Source: Dehalococcoidia bacterium
GTDB lineage: Bacteria > Chloroflexota > Dehalococcoidia > Dehalococcoidales > Fen-1064
Reading direction: 5' to 3'
Assembly (NCBI GenBank): GCA_011170375.1
Contig: DUEV01000006.1
Span: 89,255-153,254, forward strand
Length of the DNA: 64,000 nt
Part shown: piece by piece, positions 42,006 through 50,248 of the stretch
Layout: each line of letters starts with the position of its first letter
How positions within the stretch are numbered: the first letter of the stretch is position 1
The notes under the pieces: model-generated
What the model was told of the DNA's origin: nothing
Database searches by the model: none
Seen by the model: only the letters and a program-made list of their open reading frames with translations
Position numbers and translations under genes: made by a program

Positions 42006-42266
42006 TCATGGATTTCGCTCTATTAGAAAGCGACCGAGCTTTATGCGGTAGAATTGCTCGGTTCCCGACGTTACTTCCATCGCCCTTCGCGACTGAAGAA
42101 AAAGTGTGAAATACTCGTGCTCAGTCTGCTTTCGGCAACGGTGATTCCCTAGGAAATGGAGAAGCTTCTTGGAAGGAGACCGACGGCCATGCTTTACTTG
42201 GGAAATGTACGACTTACTGAATTTGCTTAACTCGGCGATTTACGTTACGCTTAAGGAGTTAAGCAA
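42006..42266 (-). pseudogene. Truncated tyrosine integrase N-terminus (HTH plus SAM-like domain)
   Basis: Hand translation LLNSLSVT*IAELSKFSKSYISQVKHGRRSPSKKLL...YFTLFLQSRRAMEVTSGTEQFYRIKLGRFL; in-frame TAA at 42240-42242; abuts the att repeat. Confidence 0.65.
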
Positions 42267-42284
42267 CCGTAGCGGGTGTGAGAC

Positions 42285-42326
42285 CTCATAAGCCTTTGGT
42301 CGTGGGTTCGAATCCCCCCGCTGCCA
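42285..42326 (+). repeat. attR-like copy of tRNA-Met 3' half (42 bp, 1 mismatch)
   Basis: ctcataagcctttggtcgtgggttcgaatccccccgctgcca versus tRNA 9816-9857. Confidence 0.95.
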
Positions 42327-42410
42327 CTTTTTATTTCCCCACACTACCACAAAATTATAGCATAACACCAGACTTCGAGATAGCCTTCAATAAGATGGGG
42401 TGACTTAGAA

Positions 42411-43319
42411 ATGAGTAGAATTACTTTTGCAACCATGGCAACTCGGAATAACCTCACACGGGCCATCATGCTGTTTGATAGCCTACGAACGTTCGGTGGC
42501 GAACTCGGTGATTCTCTCTGTATCATACTTGTCCCTGAAAAGGGAGAGCCTTTACCCGATAAAGCAAGAGAACAGCTTAGCTTACTGGATGTACGCCTAT
42601 TACCTTTTGATATGGACGAGGGAGCCGTACGGTTCCCGCTCGCTTCAGTAGTTTATGCAGCAGCCAGAGCAGAGCAGCAGGTACACGATGAAACTGAAAT
42701 ATTGGTCTGGACGAATGAGGACACGCTGATAGTCAGCCCACCATCGGACTTTCTACTCGAAGAAGGTATTAATTTTGCCTACAGACCGGTACATCATACC
42801 AAGATTAGCTCAGTCTATGGCAAACCTCCGGATGATTTCTGGTCACTGATATATCAGTACTGCGGCATTGAGGAAGGCAAGGCGTTTCCTATGGAGACCT
42901 GTACCAGGGACAACACAATAAGGGCGCACTTTAATGCCGGACTGCTTGTGGTAAGACCAGAGCAACTTTTACTGGAGAAATGGCTTGACCATTTCAGGGA
43001 GCTATATCAACATCCTGATTTTCGGCCGTTCTTCAAGGAGGACGTTCTTTATATGGTATTCATGCATCAGACGGTGCTATCAGGCGTTGTTCTAAGTATG
43101 TTTAAGAGACGGGAATTACTGGAACTCCCGGAGACCGTTAACTATCCACTCCATCTGCACCAAGAATATCCTATCGAATACCAGCCTCAGGCATTAAATA
43201 ATCTAATAACCTGCCGCTACGAGGGTATCGAAGATTTGCGGAATTCCTTGAAAACAATTCCGGTAGAAGAGCCTTTAAAAGGTTGGTTGAATGAAAGACT
43301 GGGGCCAATGGAGGTTTGA
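42411..43319 (+). CDS. Hypothetical protein, possibly GT-A glycosyltransferase-like
   Basis: 302-aa ORF; SLRTFGG, VWTNEDTL, HFNAGLLVV recall GT8-like motifs. Confidence 0.7.
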   Translation: MSRITFATMATRNNLTRAIMLFDSLRTFGGELGDSLCIILVPEKGEPLPDKAREQLSLLDVRLLPFDMDEGAVRFPLASVVYAAARAEQQVHDETEILVWTNEDTLIVSPPSDFLLEEGINFAYRPVHHTKISSVYGKPPDDFWSLIYQYCGIEEGKAFPMETCTRDNTIRAHFNAGLLVVRPEQLLLEKWLDHFRELYQHPDFRPFFKEDVLYMVFMHQTVLSGVVLSMFKRRELLELPETVNYPLHLHQEYPIEYQPQALNNLITCRYEGIEDLRNSLKTIPVEEPLKGWLNERLGPMEV

Positions 43320-43341
43320 TAGCTCCAATCCCTCCGCTGCC
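43320..43341 (+). repeat. tRNA-Met 3'-end fragment
   Basis: tagctccAATCCCTCCGCTGCC; 15 nt identical to tRNA 9842-9856. Confidence 0.8.
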
Positions 43342-43352
43342 GCCAGATAATG

Positions 43353-44105
43353 TTAAGCAGAGTCGATTCTCTTCTTGATTCTACTCCACGTGTTTGTAAT
43401 CAGGAAACTCTCCTCCATGTTGTCAACCATGCTGGTGAACTTGCCAATAGGCACCGACAGCGTTATCACATCCGGTGGAACAAAGGGTCTTGCCGAAGGG
43501 TCGAACATGCCAATTATTGCTTTAGGATGCTCTGAGTCCTTTTCAAGGCAGGGATACTGCACAATCGTGGAACAACCAGAGCCAAATGGAGCGGACACTG
43601 CATTTCTATCCACTTCGTCAAATCGGGCTAGGGTGAAGAGTCCTGAAAGAACATCAGGTTTTGCGTAAAAAATTATGACTTCTGGATCATCCGATTCATC
43701 TAACTTGTCCCATCTTTTGAACACTATAAACCGAGATGGTGCCTTAAATGTTGGCGTATTTTTCATTATTTCCTTAACAAGCTCCGGCGATTTGCAGTAA
43801 CGTTCGCCCTCCAGCCTGCCCGGAATCCCGTAAGAAAGGAAGTATTCAAAACCACGCATGATACCCTCTGCAAAGCCAAGATATCTCTTCCCTCCAGGAC
43901 AACCAATCGAATCTGCATCAAAGCACAGAGAATTCCCCTCCCTCACATCTGTTAACGCACCAATCACACACCTCGAAGTAGACCCCGGTTCAACCATCTT
44001 GGCATGCCCTTCCTCATCTGTGTAATAAAAGGTAATTGGCAGTTCGGCACTGCCAAAGTATTTATTCCAGAGTCTGATAAATGTATTCCTGGCATGCATG
44101 TCCAT
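43353..44105 (-). CDS. DUF169 family protein
   Basis: ELPITFYY, GCPGGKRYLGF, PDVLSGL, PFGSGC, IIGMFDPSARP. Confidence 0.85.
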   Translation of the reverse strand: MDMHARNTFIRLWNKYFGSAELPITFYYTDEEGHAKMVEPGSTSRCVIGALTDVREGNSLCFDADSIGCPGGKRYLGFAEGIMRGFEYFLSYGIPGRLEGERYCKSPELVKEIMKNTPTFKAPSRFIVFKRWDKLDESDDPEVIIFYAKPDVLSGLFTLARFDEVDRNAVSAPFGSGCSTIVQYPCLEKDSEHPKAIIGMFDPSARPFVPPDVITLSVPIGKFTSMVDNMEESFLITNTWSRIKKRIDSA

Positions 44106-44190
44106 TGAACTCCTCCGGGATAATGAATAGATGAGTCAATTAAAAAGGGGAAATGGTAAGGCAGCTTCTCGCTTTCTTAACTTATCTGTA

Positions 44191-44257
44191 GTTCGAATCC
44201 CTCCGCTGCCACTTTCTTATTTCCCAAGTACCTGCCTGATTATAGCATAACACCAGA
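44191..44257 (+). repeat. tRNA-Met 3'-end fragment plus conserved downstream flank
   Basis: gttcgaatccctccgctgcca (21 nt identical); gcctgattatagcata shared with 9880-9895; attatagcataacaccaga shared with 42354-42372. Confidence 0.92.
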
Positions 44258-44342
44258 TGTGAAACAGGCTTCTAGGCCGAATTCAAAGGTGGATGCCTGC
44301 AGGAAATTATGCAACAGCGTATTACAGGAGTAAAATGACGTC

Positions 44343-45272
44343 ATGAGCTTGACAGGTGACAGGTTTAAAAAAGCCGATATTCATATTCACATCATGGCCA
44401 GCGCGAACGAGGGTGGCTTTATCTCGCGGTCGCTGTTGAGCAAGCCGTGGTCGAAGTACATGTCCTACTGGCTCGGCTTGGAAAGCGACACGGTAGAGGA
44501 ATACATATCACGACTTGTAAGTTACATCAGAGAATCACCGCTTGATATTGGAGTAATCCTTGCCTGTGATGCAATTTATGACGAACATGGTGAGGTCGAC
44601 CCCAGGACTTCTTTCTTTGTCCCCAATGACGTGGTACTTAAAGTAGCTGGCACACATGAGGAGTTACTACCCGGTGTATCAATACACCCAAACCGGAAAG
44701 ACGCGCTGGAGGAAATCGACAGGTGTGTTGAGGCCGGTGCTGCACTTCTTAAATGGCTCCCAAATACACAGGTCATTGACCCATCGGATAAGAAGTATAA
44801 AGCGTTCTACCGTAAACTGAGTGACTACGGTTTGCCGCTACTGAGTCACAGTGGATTCGAATTCACAATGAAAGCAATAAATCAGAGACTGGGAGACCCG
44901 AACAAACTGAGACTCGCACTTGAGGAAGGAACCACAGTCATTTCTGCCCATTGCGGGATTTCTTATGCCGGCCTTTCAACCAGATACCTGAAGACCTGGC
45001 TTTCTCTGCTGAAGGAATACCCCACTCTATACGGTGACCTTGCCGCCCTATCGCTTGGCTTTGGTGGCAGGCTGATCAGGAAATTACTAGAAAACCAGAT
45101 AGCCAGTGAGCGGCTGGTCAACGGTTCGGATTTCCCGGTACCCCCCTTACGAACCGTGATTGACATATTTAGGAGGAGCAATCCTTTCATTAGGGATTAT
45201 CAGATTAAAACCACGCTCGGAGTACCCGACAGTGTATTCTACAGAGGTTACCAGCTAATACGCAGACAGTAG
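44343..45272 (+). CDS. Amidohydrolase_2 family metal-dependent hydrolase
   Basis: DIHIH, SIHP, LKWLP, LLSHSG, AHCG, NGSDFP. Confidence 0.88.
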   Translation: MSLTGDRFKKADIHIHIMASANEGGFISRSLLSKPWSKYMSYWLGLESDTVEEYISRLVSYIRESPLDIGVILACDAIYDEHGEVDPRTSFFVPNDVVLKVAGTHEELLPGVSIHPNRKDALEEIDRCVEAGAALLKWLPNTQVIDPSDKKYKAFYRKLSDYGLPLLSHSGFEFTMKAINQRLGDPNKLRLALEEGTTVISAHCGISYAGLSTRYLKTWLSLLKEYPTLYGDLAALSLGFGGRLIRKLLENQIASERLVNGSDFPVPPLRTVIDIFRRSNPFIRDYQIKTTLGVPDSVFYRGYQLIRRQ

Positions 45273-45324
45273 ACATAGCCCAATACAGCCTACTATTAAA
45301 AGACACGGACGGTTTAGACACGAC

Positions 45325-46944
45325 ATGCGAGTATGTTCGTTTATTAGCAGGATAGGCCGGGCAGCAAAGCTAGATGTCAAACTCTACCAAGAGGTAAAGG
45401 CCGACAGCAAAGCCAGCTGGCAGGCATTCCTTGTCGTTGTATTGGTCAGTCTGGCAATAAGCATTGGTATTGGTATAGCCGGCTGGTTCGCGTTGGCAGG
45501 AGCGTGGTCTATCTGGGGTATACTCGCTGTGCTGGTTAGCTCTGTTATTGTGTGGCTAATCTGGGCGTCCTTTGCCTATTTCGTCGGGACAAGAGTATTT
45601 AGACGCCCGGAGACATCAGCCTCAATGGGTGCGTTGCTACGCACGATTGGCTTCTCCAGTTCCCCCGGGGCGTTGGGCGTCTTAGTATTCATACCTATGG
45701 CAGGGGGTATCATATTGCTCGGTGTATCCGTATGGGCTCTTGCCGCTGGTGTCATAGCTGTCAAGCAATCACTAGCGTTCACCACCCGTCGTGCTATCGC
45801 AACCTGCCTCGTAAGCTGGTCCGCCTGCGTATTGACTGCAGCACTAACCATGATTCCATTATCATCTTATATTATCGATGGAACTTGCACATGCGGTAGC
45901 AGCTTTGATAATCAATTAAACTCGATAGTGAATGCCTACCGTTTCAGCATAGTACGATGGGAGATTGCCTCTATTCCGCATGAGTGGGGTCAGTGGTTCA
46001 GTATCAGCGGTGAGGATATTGATAACGCAGTCGATAAAGTTGTCGATTATTTCTCTCACGAAGGAGAACGAGATAAAGAACTGGGAGACACAGTAGAAAG
46101 GATTTTAGAGAGTCAGATTAAAGAAATCCTGGTTCAACAGGATATCTATGGATTCCCTCCCGTGAACCTTAAGCTGGGTGAATTGCCTCATTTACTTGTA
46201 ATCTCACCCCGAGACAAGATAGAAAGCATGAGAGAAATAATGCTGCTACCCGGCATTAGCCTCGAGGAAATTGAAGATATCGAGGCCAAGGTAGATGAAT
46301 TGGGCGTTTCCTCACTCGTAGTGGGCCTGGGTGGTTTCGGAGGAACATACCCCAGCTTCGTAACAAATAGTGCCAGCCTGAGGGCCACCATTAATACTAC
46401 GGTTGAAGAATGGATACATCAACACCTGGCCTTCAAACCCCTCGGATTCCGATATTTGCTAGATATCCTCGGTATAGCGCGAAATTATGAAGTTGCCACC
46501 ATGAATGAAACCGTGGCCGGTATAGTCAGTAAGGAAATCGGCGCAATTCTTTATGAGACGTATTACCGTGACAAGGAAGAAAGTGTTATCGACCATCCCG
46601 AAGATAATGCAGACGAATCAGGGTTCGATTTCAACCAGGAGATGAGAGAAATACGAATAGCAGTCGATGCCTTTTTGGCCCGGGGAGAGATTGAACTGGC
46701 CGAGCAGTATATGGAACAGAAGCGCGAATATCTGGCCTCACAGGGTTACCATATCAGGAAGTTGAATCAGGCCTATTTTGCCTGGTACGGAACATACGCC
46801 GACGAACCAACCTCAGTCAGCCCGATTGGAACAGAGTTAAGGGAATTAAGAGACAGTAGTGCCTCGTTGAAGGATTTTCTGGATACAGTCGCCCAAATGA
46901 CAAGCAGACAGGAGCTTAAAAGTACTGTCGAATCAATACGATAA
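45325..46944 (+). CDS. Yip1-like membrane domain fused to a soluble aminopeptidase-like domain
   Basis: N-terminal multi-TM region (YQEVKAD..QAFLVV..LLRTIGF); C-terminal EEWIHQHL, MNETVA, RKLNQAYFA. Confidence 0.7.
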   Translation: MRVCSFISRIGRAAKLDVKLYQEVKADSKASWQAFLVVVLVSLAISIGIGIAGWFALAGAWSIWGILAVLVSSVIVWLIWASFAYFVGTRVFRRPETSASMGALLRTIGFSSSPGALGVLVFIPMAGGIILLGVSVWALAAGVIAVKQSLAFTTRRAIATCLVSWSACVLTAALTMIPLSSYIIDGTCTCGSSFDNQLNSIVNAYRFSIVRWEIASIPHEWGQWFSISGEDIDNAVDKVVDYFSHEGERDKELGDTVERILESQIKEILVQQDIYGFPPVNLKLGELPHLLVISPRDKIESMREIMLLPGISLEEIEDIEAKVDELGVSSLVVGLGGFGGTYPSFVTNSASLRATINTTVEEWIHQHLAFKPLGFRYLLDILGIARNYEVATMNETVAGIVSKEIGAILYETYYRDKEESVIDHPEDNADESGFDFNQEMREIRIAVDAFLARGEIELAEQYMEQKREYLASQGYHIRKLNQAYFAWYGTYADEPTSVSPIGTELRELRDSSASLKDFLDTVAQMTSRQELKSTVESIR

Positions 46945-47170
46945 ATGGATTTTGCAGACCCAAAAGTGAAAACCAGTACCTGTTCTATCACAAGATTCGT
47001 ACTGCCAATGCGCGTACATAAATACAGGATATTTGATAGTTAACATATTTAATGTTAGAATCCTATATATAGTGCCTGGTAAGGTTAATTTCGTATTCAT
47101 GCGCAAATGCTCGATGAAACCGGAATAACCCGATCCAAATAGAAATCTCGGATAGAGCTTTTTAATTCAA

Positions 47171-48070
47171 ATGACAGACATTCAAGATGTATCACATGGT
47201 CTACTGGACCTCATTGGAAACACGCCACTAATCAGAATAGGCAACGTTTACGCCAAATTCGAGGGAATGAATCCCAGTGGTAGCATCAAGGACAGAGTTG
47301 CACTTGAAATAATAGAGGCTGCTGAAAGAGAGGGAAAATTACAGGAAGGTTACACAATAGTAGAAGCCAGCAGCGGAAATACTGGAATCTCTTTAGCCAT
47401 GGTAGCCGCTTTCAAAGGCTACAAGATGCTTGTGGTAATGCCCGAAAACATGAGCGAAGAGAGAAAACAGATGATGCGGGCATATAACGCGGAACTGGTT
47501 CTTACTTCCAAAAGTGGTAGCCTGATGGAAGCTATAGAGACAGCAGAGCAGATTGCCCAGAAACCAAAGACATTTTATGCAAGACAGTTTAGCAATCCCA
47601 ATAACATAAAAGCGCAGGAAAAGACTGGGCAAGAGATTCTCAAAGAAATAGGACCAGTGGATGCTGTTGTAGCTGGTGTTGGTACCGGCGGAACACTAAT
47701 GGGCATTTCAAACGTGATGAAAGAGGCCAATCCAGAAGTACGAGTAATAGCAGTCGAACCGGAAGAGGCTGCGGTGATGTTTGGCGGAAGTGATGTCAGG
47801 ATAAGAGAGCACCAGATACAGGGAATCGGTGACGGATTCATACCTCAGCTGATAGACATGAGTAGCGTTGATGAAGTTTTTACAGTCGATAGTCAGGAAG
47901 CTGTACATACAGCAAGAAGACTCTCGAAAGAATACGGACTATTAGTAGGAATAAGCTCCGGGGCTAACATGCTCATCGCGCAAAGGATATCAAGGGACTA
48001 CGGTAAGGTCGCCACGGTTCTACCGGATAGAGGAGAAAGATATCTGAGCATGAACCTGTTCAAAGAATGA
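47171..48070 (+). CDS. cysK: PLP-dependent cysteine synthase
   Basis: IGNTPL, NPSGSIKDR, EASSGNTG, GVGTGGT, HQIQGIG, GISSGAN, PDRGERYLS. Confidence 0.92.
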   Translation: MTDIQDVSHGLLDLIGNTPLIRIGNVYAKFEGMNPSGSIKDRVALEIIEAAEREGKLQEGYTIVEASSGNTGISLAMVAAFKGYKMLVVMPENMSEERKQMMRAYNAELVLTSKSGSLMEAIETAEQIAQKPKTFYARQFSNPNNIKAQEKTGQEILKEIGPVDAVVAGVGTGGTLMGISNVMKEANPEVRVIAVEPEEAAVMFGGSDVRIREHQIQGIGDGFIPQLIDMSSVDEVFTVDSQEAVHTARRLSKEYGLLVGISSGANMLIAQRISRDYGKVATVLPDRGERYLSMNLFKE

Positions 48071-48078
48071 ATAAAGAA

Positions 48079-48114
48079 AAAGGCTGGCAGGAATTTGGCA
48101 ACCTGCCAGCCTTT
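48079..48114. terminator. Bidirectional intrinsic terminator
   Basis: aaaggctggcagg / cctgccagccttt stem between convergent genes. Confidence 0.8.
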
Positions 48115-48158
48115 GTGTGCTCTAGACCCCGCAGCCTTACAGGCTACTCAGACCCATC

Positions 48159-48563
48159 TCAGCCCGACTCCGTGACATTGATGCTTAGCCGCTCACTTGA
48201 TTCACTACCGCTCTTATCCGTTACCGTAACGGTAACCAAATACGTACCATAGATATCTGGAGCCGTCCAGGTAACTACGGAACTCGTTCCTGAAATACTG
48301 CCACCGGTTGCCGTCCACTCGTAGGTAAGTCCATTGCCATATCTGGCAGCAGTAATACACTCCACCTGAGTAGACTCGCCTCTTTTTACAGCAGGGAATT
48401 CACTGGTCAGGTCTTCGATGATTGAAGTGTTACCAGCCTGACCGCAGCCAATAACAGCTCCCGAAAAAATGATTAGAATCAAAAAACCAAGAATTACTTT
48501 TTTTATATATACGCCAACTGCTCGCATGGGAGCCAATCTCCTAGGAATGCTACGAATTTCCAT
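48159..48563 (-). CDS. Small PKD/Ig-like domain lipoprotein
   Basis: Hydrophobic signal ending IGC; LTYEWTATGG..VTWTAP..GTY.VTVTVTD. Confidence 0.8.
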   Translation of the reverse strand: MEIRSIPRRLAPMRAVGVYIKKVILGFLILIIFSGAVIGCGQAGNTSIIEDLTSEFPAVKRGESTQVECITAARYGNGLTYEWTATGGSISGTSSVVTWTAPDIYGTYLVTVTVTDKSGSESSERLSINVTESG

Positions 48564-48758
48564 AGTGCACGCATATCCTAATATTGAATATGGATTAATA
48601 CTTATTCATAGTCAAGCGGTTTTACCAGTACTTTGGTACATATGAGTACTAATGCACTATTGATAGAGGAATCCGACAGGCATAGCATAAGGGTATGCGA
48701 CTCCTTGTCTCCTGCCGAACGTAAATAGAATAATAATGAAGAGGAGGTGAACTCATAG

Positions 48759-49124
48759 GTGAAAAAATTCCTGCAATCTCTTCATCGCGGTAAGAAGGGT
48801 TTCACATTGATTGAGTTACTGGTGGTAATAGGCATCCTCGGTGCGTTAGCAGGCGTTGCTGTGCCCAATGTCGGCAAATTCATGAACTCGGGCAATACTG
48901 AGGCAATGGACACTGAGCTGCACAATGTGGAGCTGGCAATGGCTTCAGGGATGATTGTCAATAACCTGACTTCAGTGTCCGCAAACTGAGGATGCTGGAC
49001 AAATGACCTGTCAGGAAAGCCTGGTGAGTTTGACCTAGCCGATTACCTGACCCCCGCTACAACCGAATTTTACTACAAGTGGGATACCGACGGCACAATA
49101 TATCAGGACGAAGACGGGTCATGA
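48759..49124 (+). CDS. Type IV pilin-like protein with in-frame TGA at 48987 (selenocysteine candidate or pseudogene)
   Basis: KKG^FTLIELLVVIGILGALAGVAVP prepilin motif; frame stays open past the TGA with pilin-like YYKWDTDGTIYQ to 49124. Confidence 0.75.
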
Positions 49125-49192
49125 AGGAGTGGTAGTTTACCACTGAGGATAAAAATACGAAGACAGTCCCCCTCTAAATTCTATTTCCTTAT

Positions 49193-49227
49193 GAAAGCAC
49201 CACCATTTGTATGGCGGTGCTTTCTTT
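49193..49227 (+). terminator. Intrinsic terminator after pilin
   Basis: gaaagcaccaccat-ttgt-atggcggtgctttc followed by ttt. Confidence 0.75.
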
Positions 49228-49246
49228 CCCGCATTTTTCTAAAGGA

Positions 49247-49310
49247 TTCAAATCCCTCCGCTGCTACTTTATTCGCTCACGCTACCACATTTTTATCACA
49301 TAAAACCTGA
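49247..49310 (+). repeat. tRNA-Met 3'-end fragment plus conserved downstream flank
   Basis: ttcaaatccctccgctgcta (2 mismatches); flank cacgctaccaca..ttatcacataaaacctga aligns with 42340-42372. Confidence 0.85.
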
Positions 49311-49327
49311 TTTCCAATTGCATCCTG

Positions 49328-50098
49328 TCATTCCCATACCAAGGAATCTGCAAACTCAAGGAGATGCCGATTGAACTCTTCGGGTGAATCCAGGAGGCAC
49401 CTATGCCCGGCTTTGCCCATAACAACTACCTTCGAGTTTTTAATCTTCTCGCGATACAATCGCTCACCCCTTCGAAAAATACGGTCTTTCTCCCCGTTGA
49501 TAATCAGCACTGGCTTTTCGAACGACATTAGGCCAGAGAGGAAGTCCTTTCCACCGATTTCCTTTTCCAGGTCCGACACAGCCTTATGATAGAATCCCGC
49601 TTTAATAACCGGCTCGGCAACCATTGCTCCATACCTTGACCGCCAAAGACGAGCCTCACGTTTAGCCAGCCATCTATGGTCAATAATCCTGTAAAGGAAG
49701 GCCAATAAGTGGTAGGGTATAGAAACAAGTCCCTTCGGGACAGTGCTTGAACTAACGAGCACGAGCCCGTTAACCCTGTCTGGATAGTGATTTACAAACT
49801 CTGAAGCCAGATAACCACCCAAGGAAAACCCAACAACCAGTACCTTATTACAATCTGTCTCTTCGAGGAGGGTCTTTAGTCCTGCCAACGCCCTTTCAAA
49901 CGTAAACATCTCATGGCTTCTGCTACCATGGCTTGGCAGGTCTGGAGCTAGCAGCTGATAGGACGATGACATAGATATCATCTGAGGAGCCCACATCTTC
50001 CTGGTAACAGCTATGCCATGAAGCAGTAGTATGGTCTTTTTATGACCACTACCGGATACATCGTAGTGAGGATATTCTGTAATTTCTTTGAGTCTCAA
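49328..50098 (-). CDS. Alpha/beta hydrolase
   Basis: LLHG, PDLPSHG, GFSLGG (GxSxG), GEKD, AGH. Confidence 0.9.
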   Translation of the reverse strand: MRLKEITEYPHYDVSGSGHKKTILLLHGIAVTRKMWAPQMISMSSSYQLLAPDLPSHGSRSHEMFTFERALAGLKTLLEETDCNKVLVVGFSLGGYLASEFVNHYPDRVNGLVLVSSSTVPKGLVSIPYHLLAFLYRIIDHRWLAKREARLWRSRYGAMVAEPVIKAGFYHKAVSDLEKEIGGKDFLSGLMSFEKPVLIINGEKDRIFRRGERLYREKIKNSKVVVMGKAGHRCLLDSPEEFNRHLLEFADSLVWE

Positions 50099-50202
50099 TT
50101 TGCTGTGGCACTGGTATTTACAGTGAATAGCGCTCAGGGCTGTTCTGAAATCTCTTCAAGGTAGAGATAGCAGTTACGAATCAGCACGCTTGATTCAGCC
50201 TA

Positions 50203-50248
50203 GCAGCACCTTGCTCTTTACCTATCGGTAGTTCAAATCTCTTAACTA
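50203..50248 (+). repeat. Degenerate att copy with upstream flank homologous to 44161-44208
   Basis: gcagcaccttgctctttacctatcggtagttcaaatc versus gcagcttctcgctttcttaacttatctgtagttcgaatc. Confidence 0.65.

Noticed and set aside
42223..42266. 11-bp inverted repeat ttgcttaactc / gagttaagcaa as IS ends
   Set aside because: The arms are only 22 bp apart inside the integrase relic, with no transposase or target duplication; it could still be a binding site.
42285..50248. tRNA-end repeats as a CRISPR array
   Set aside because: Spacers are 0.85-5 kb and contain genes, the repeats are tRNA-derived, and no cas genes are present.
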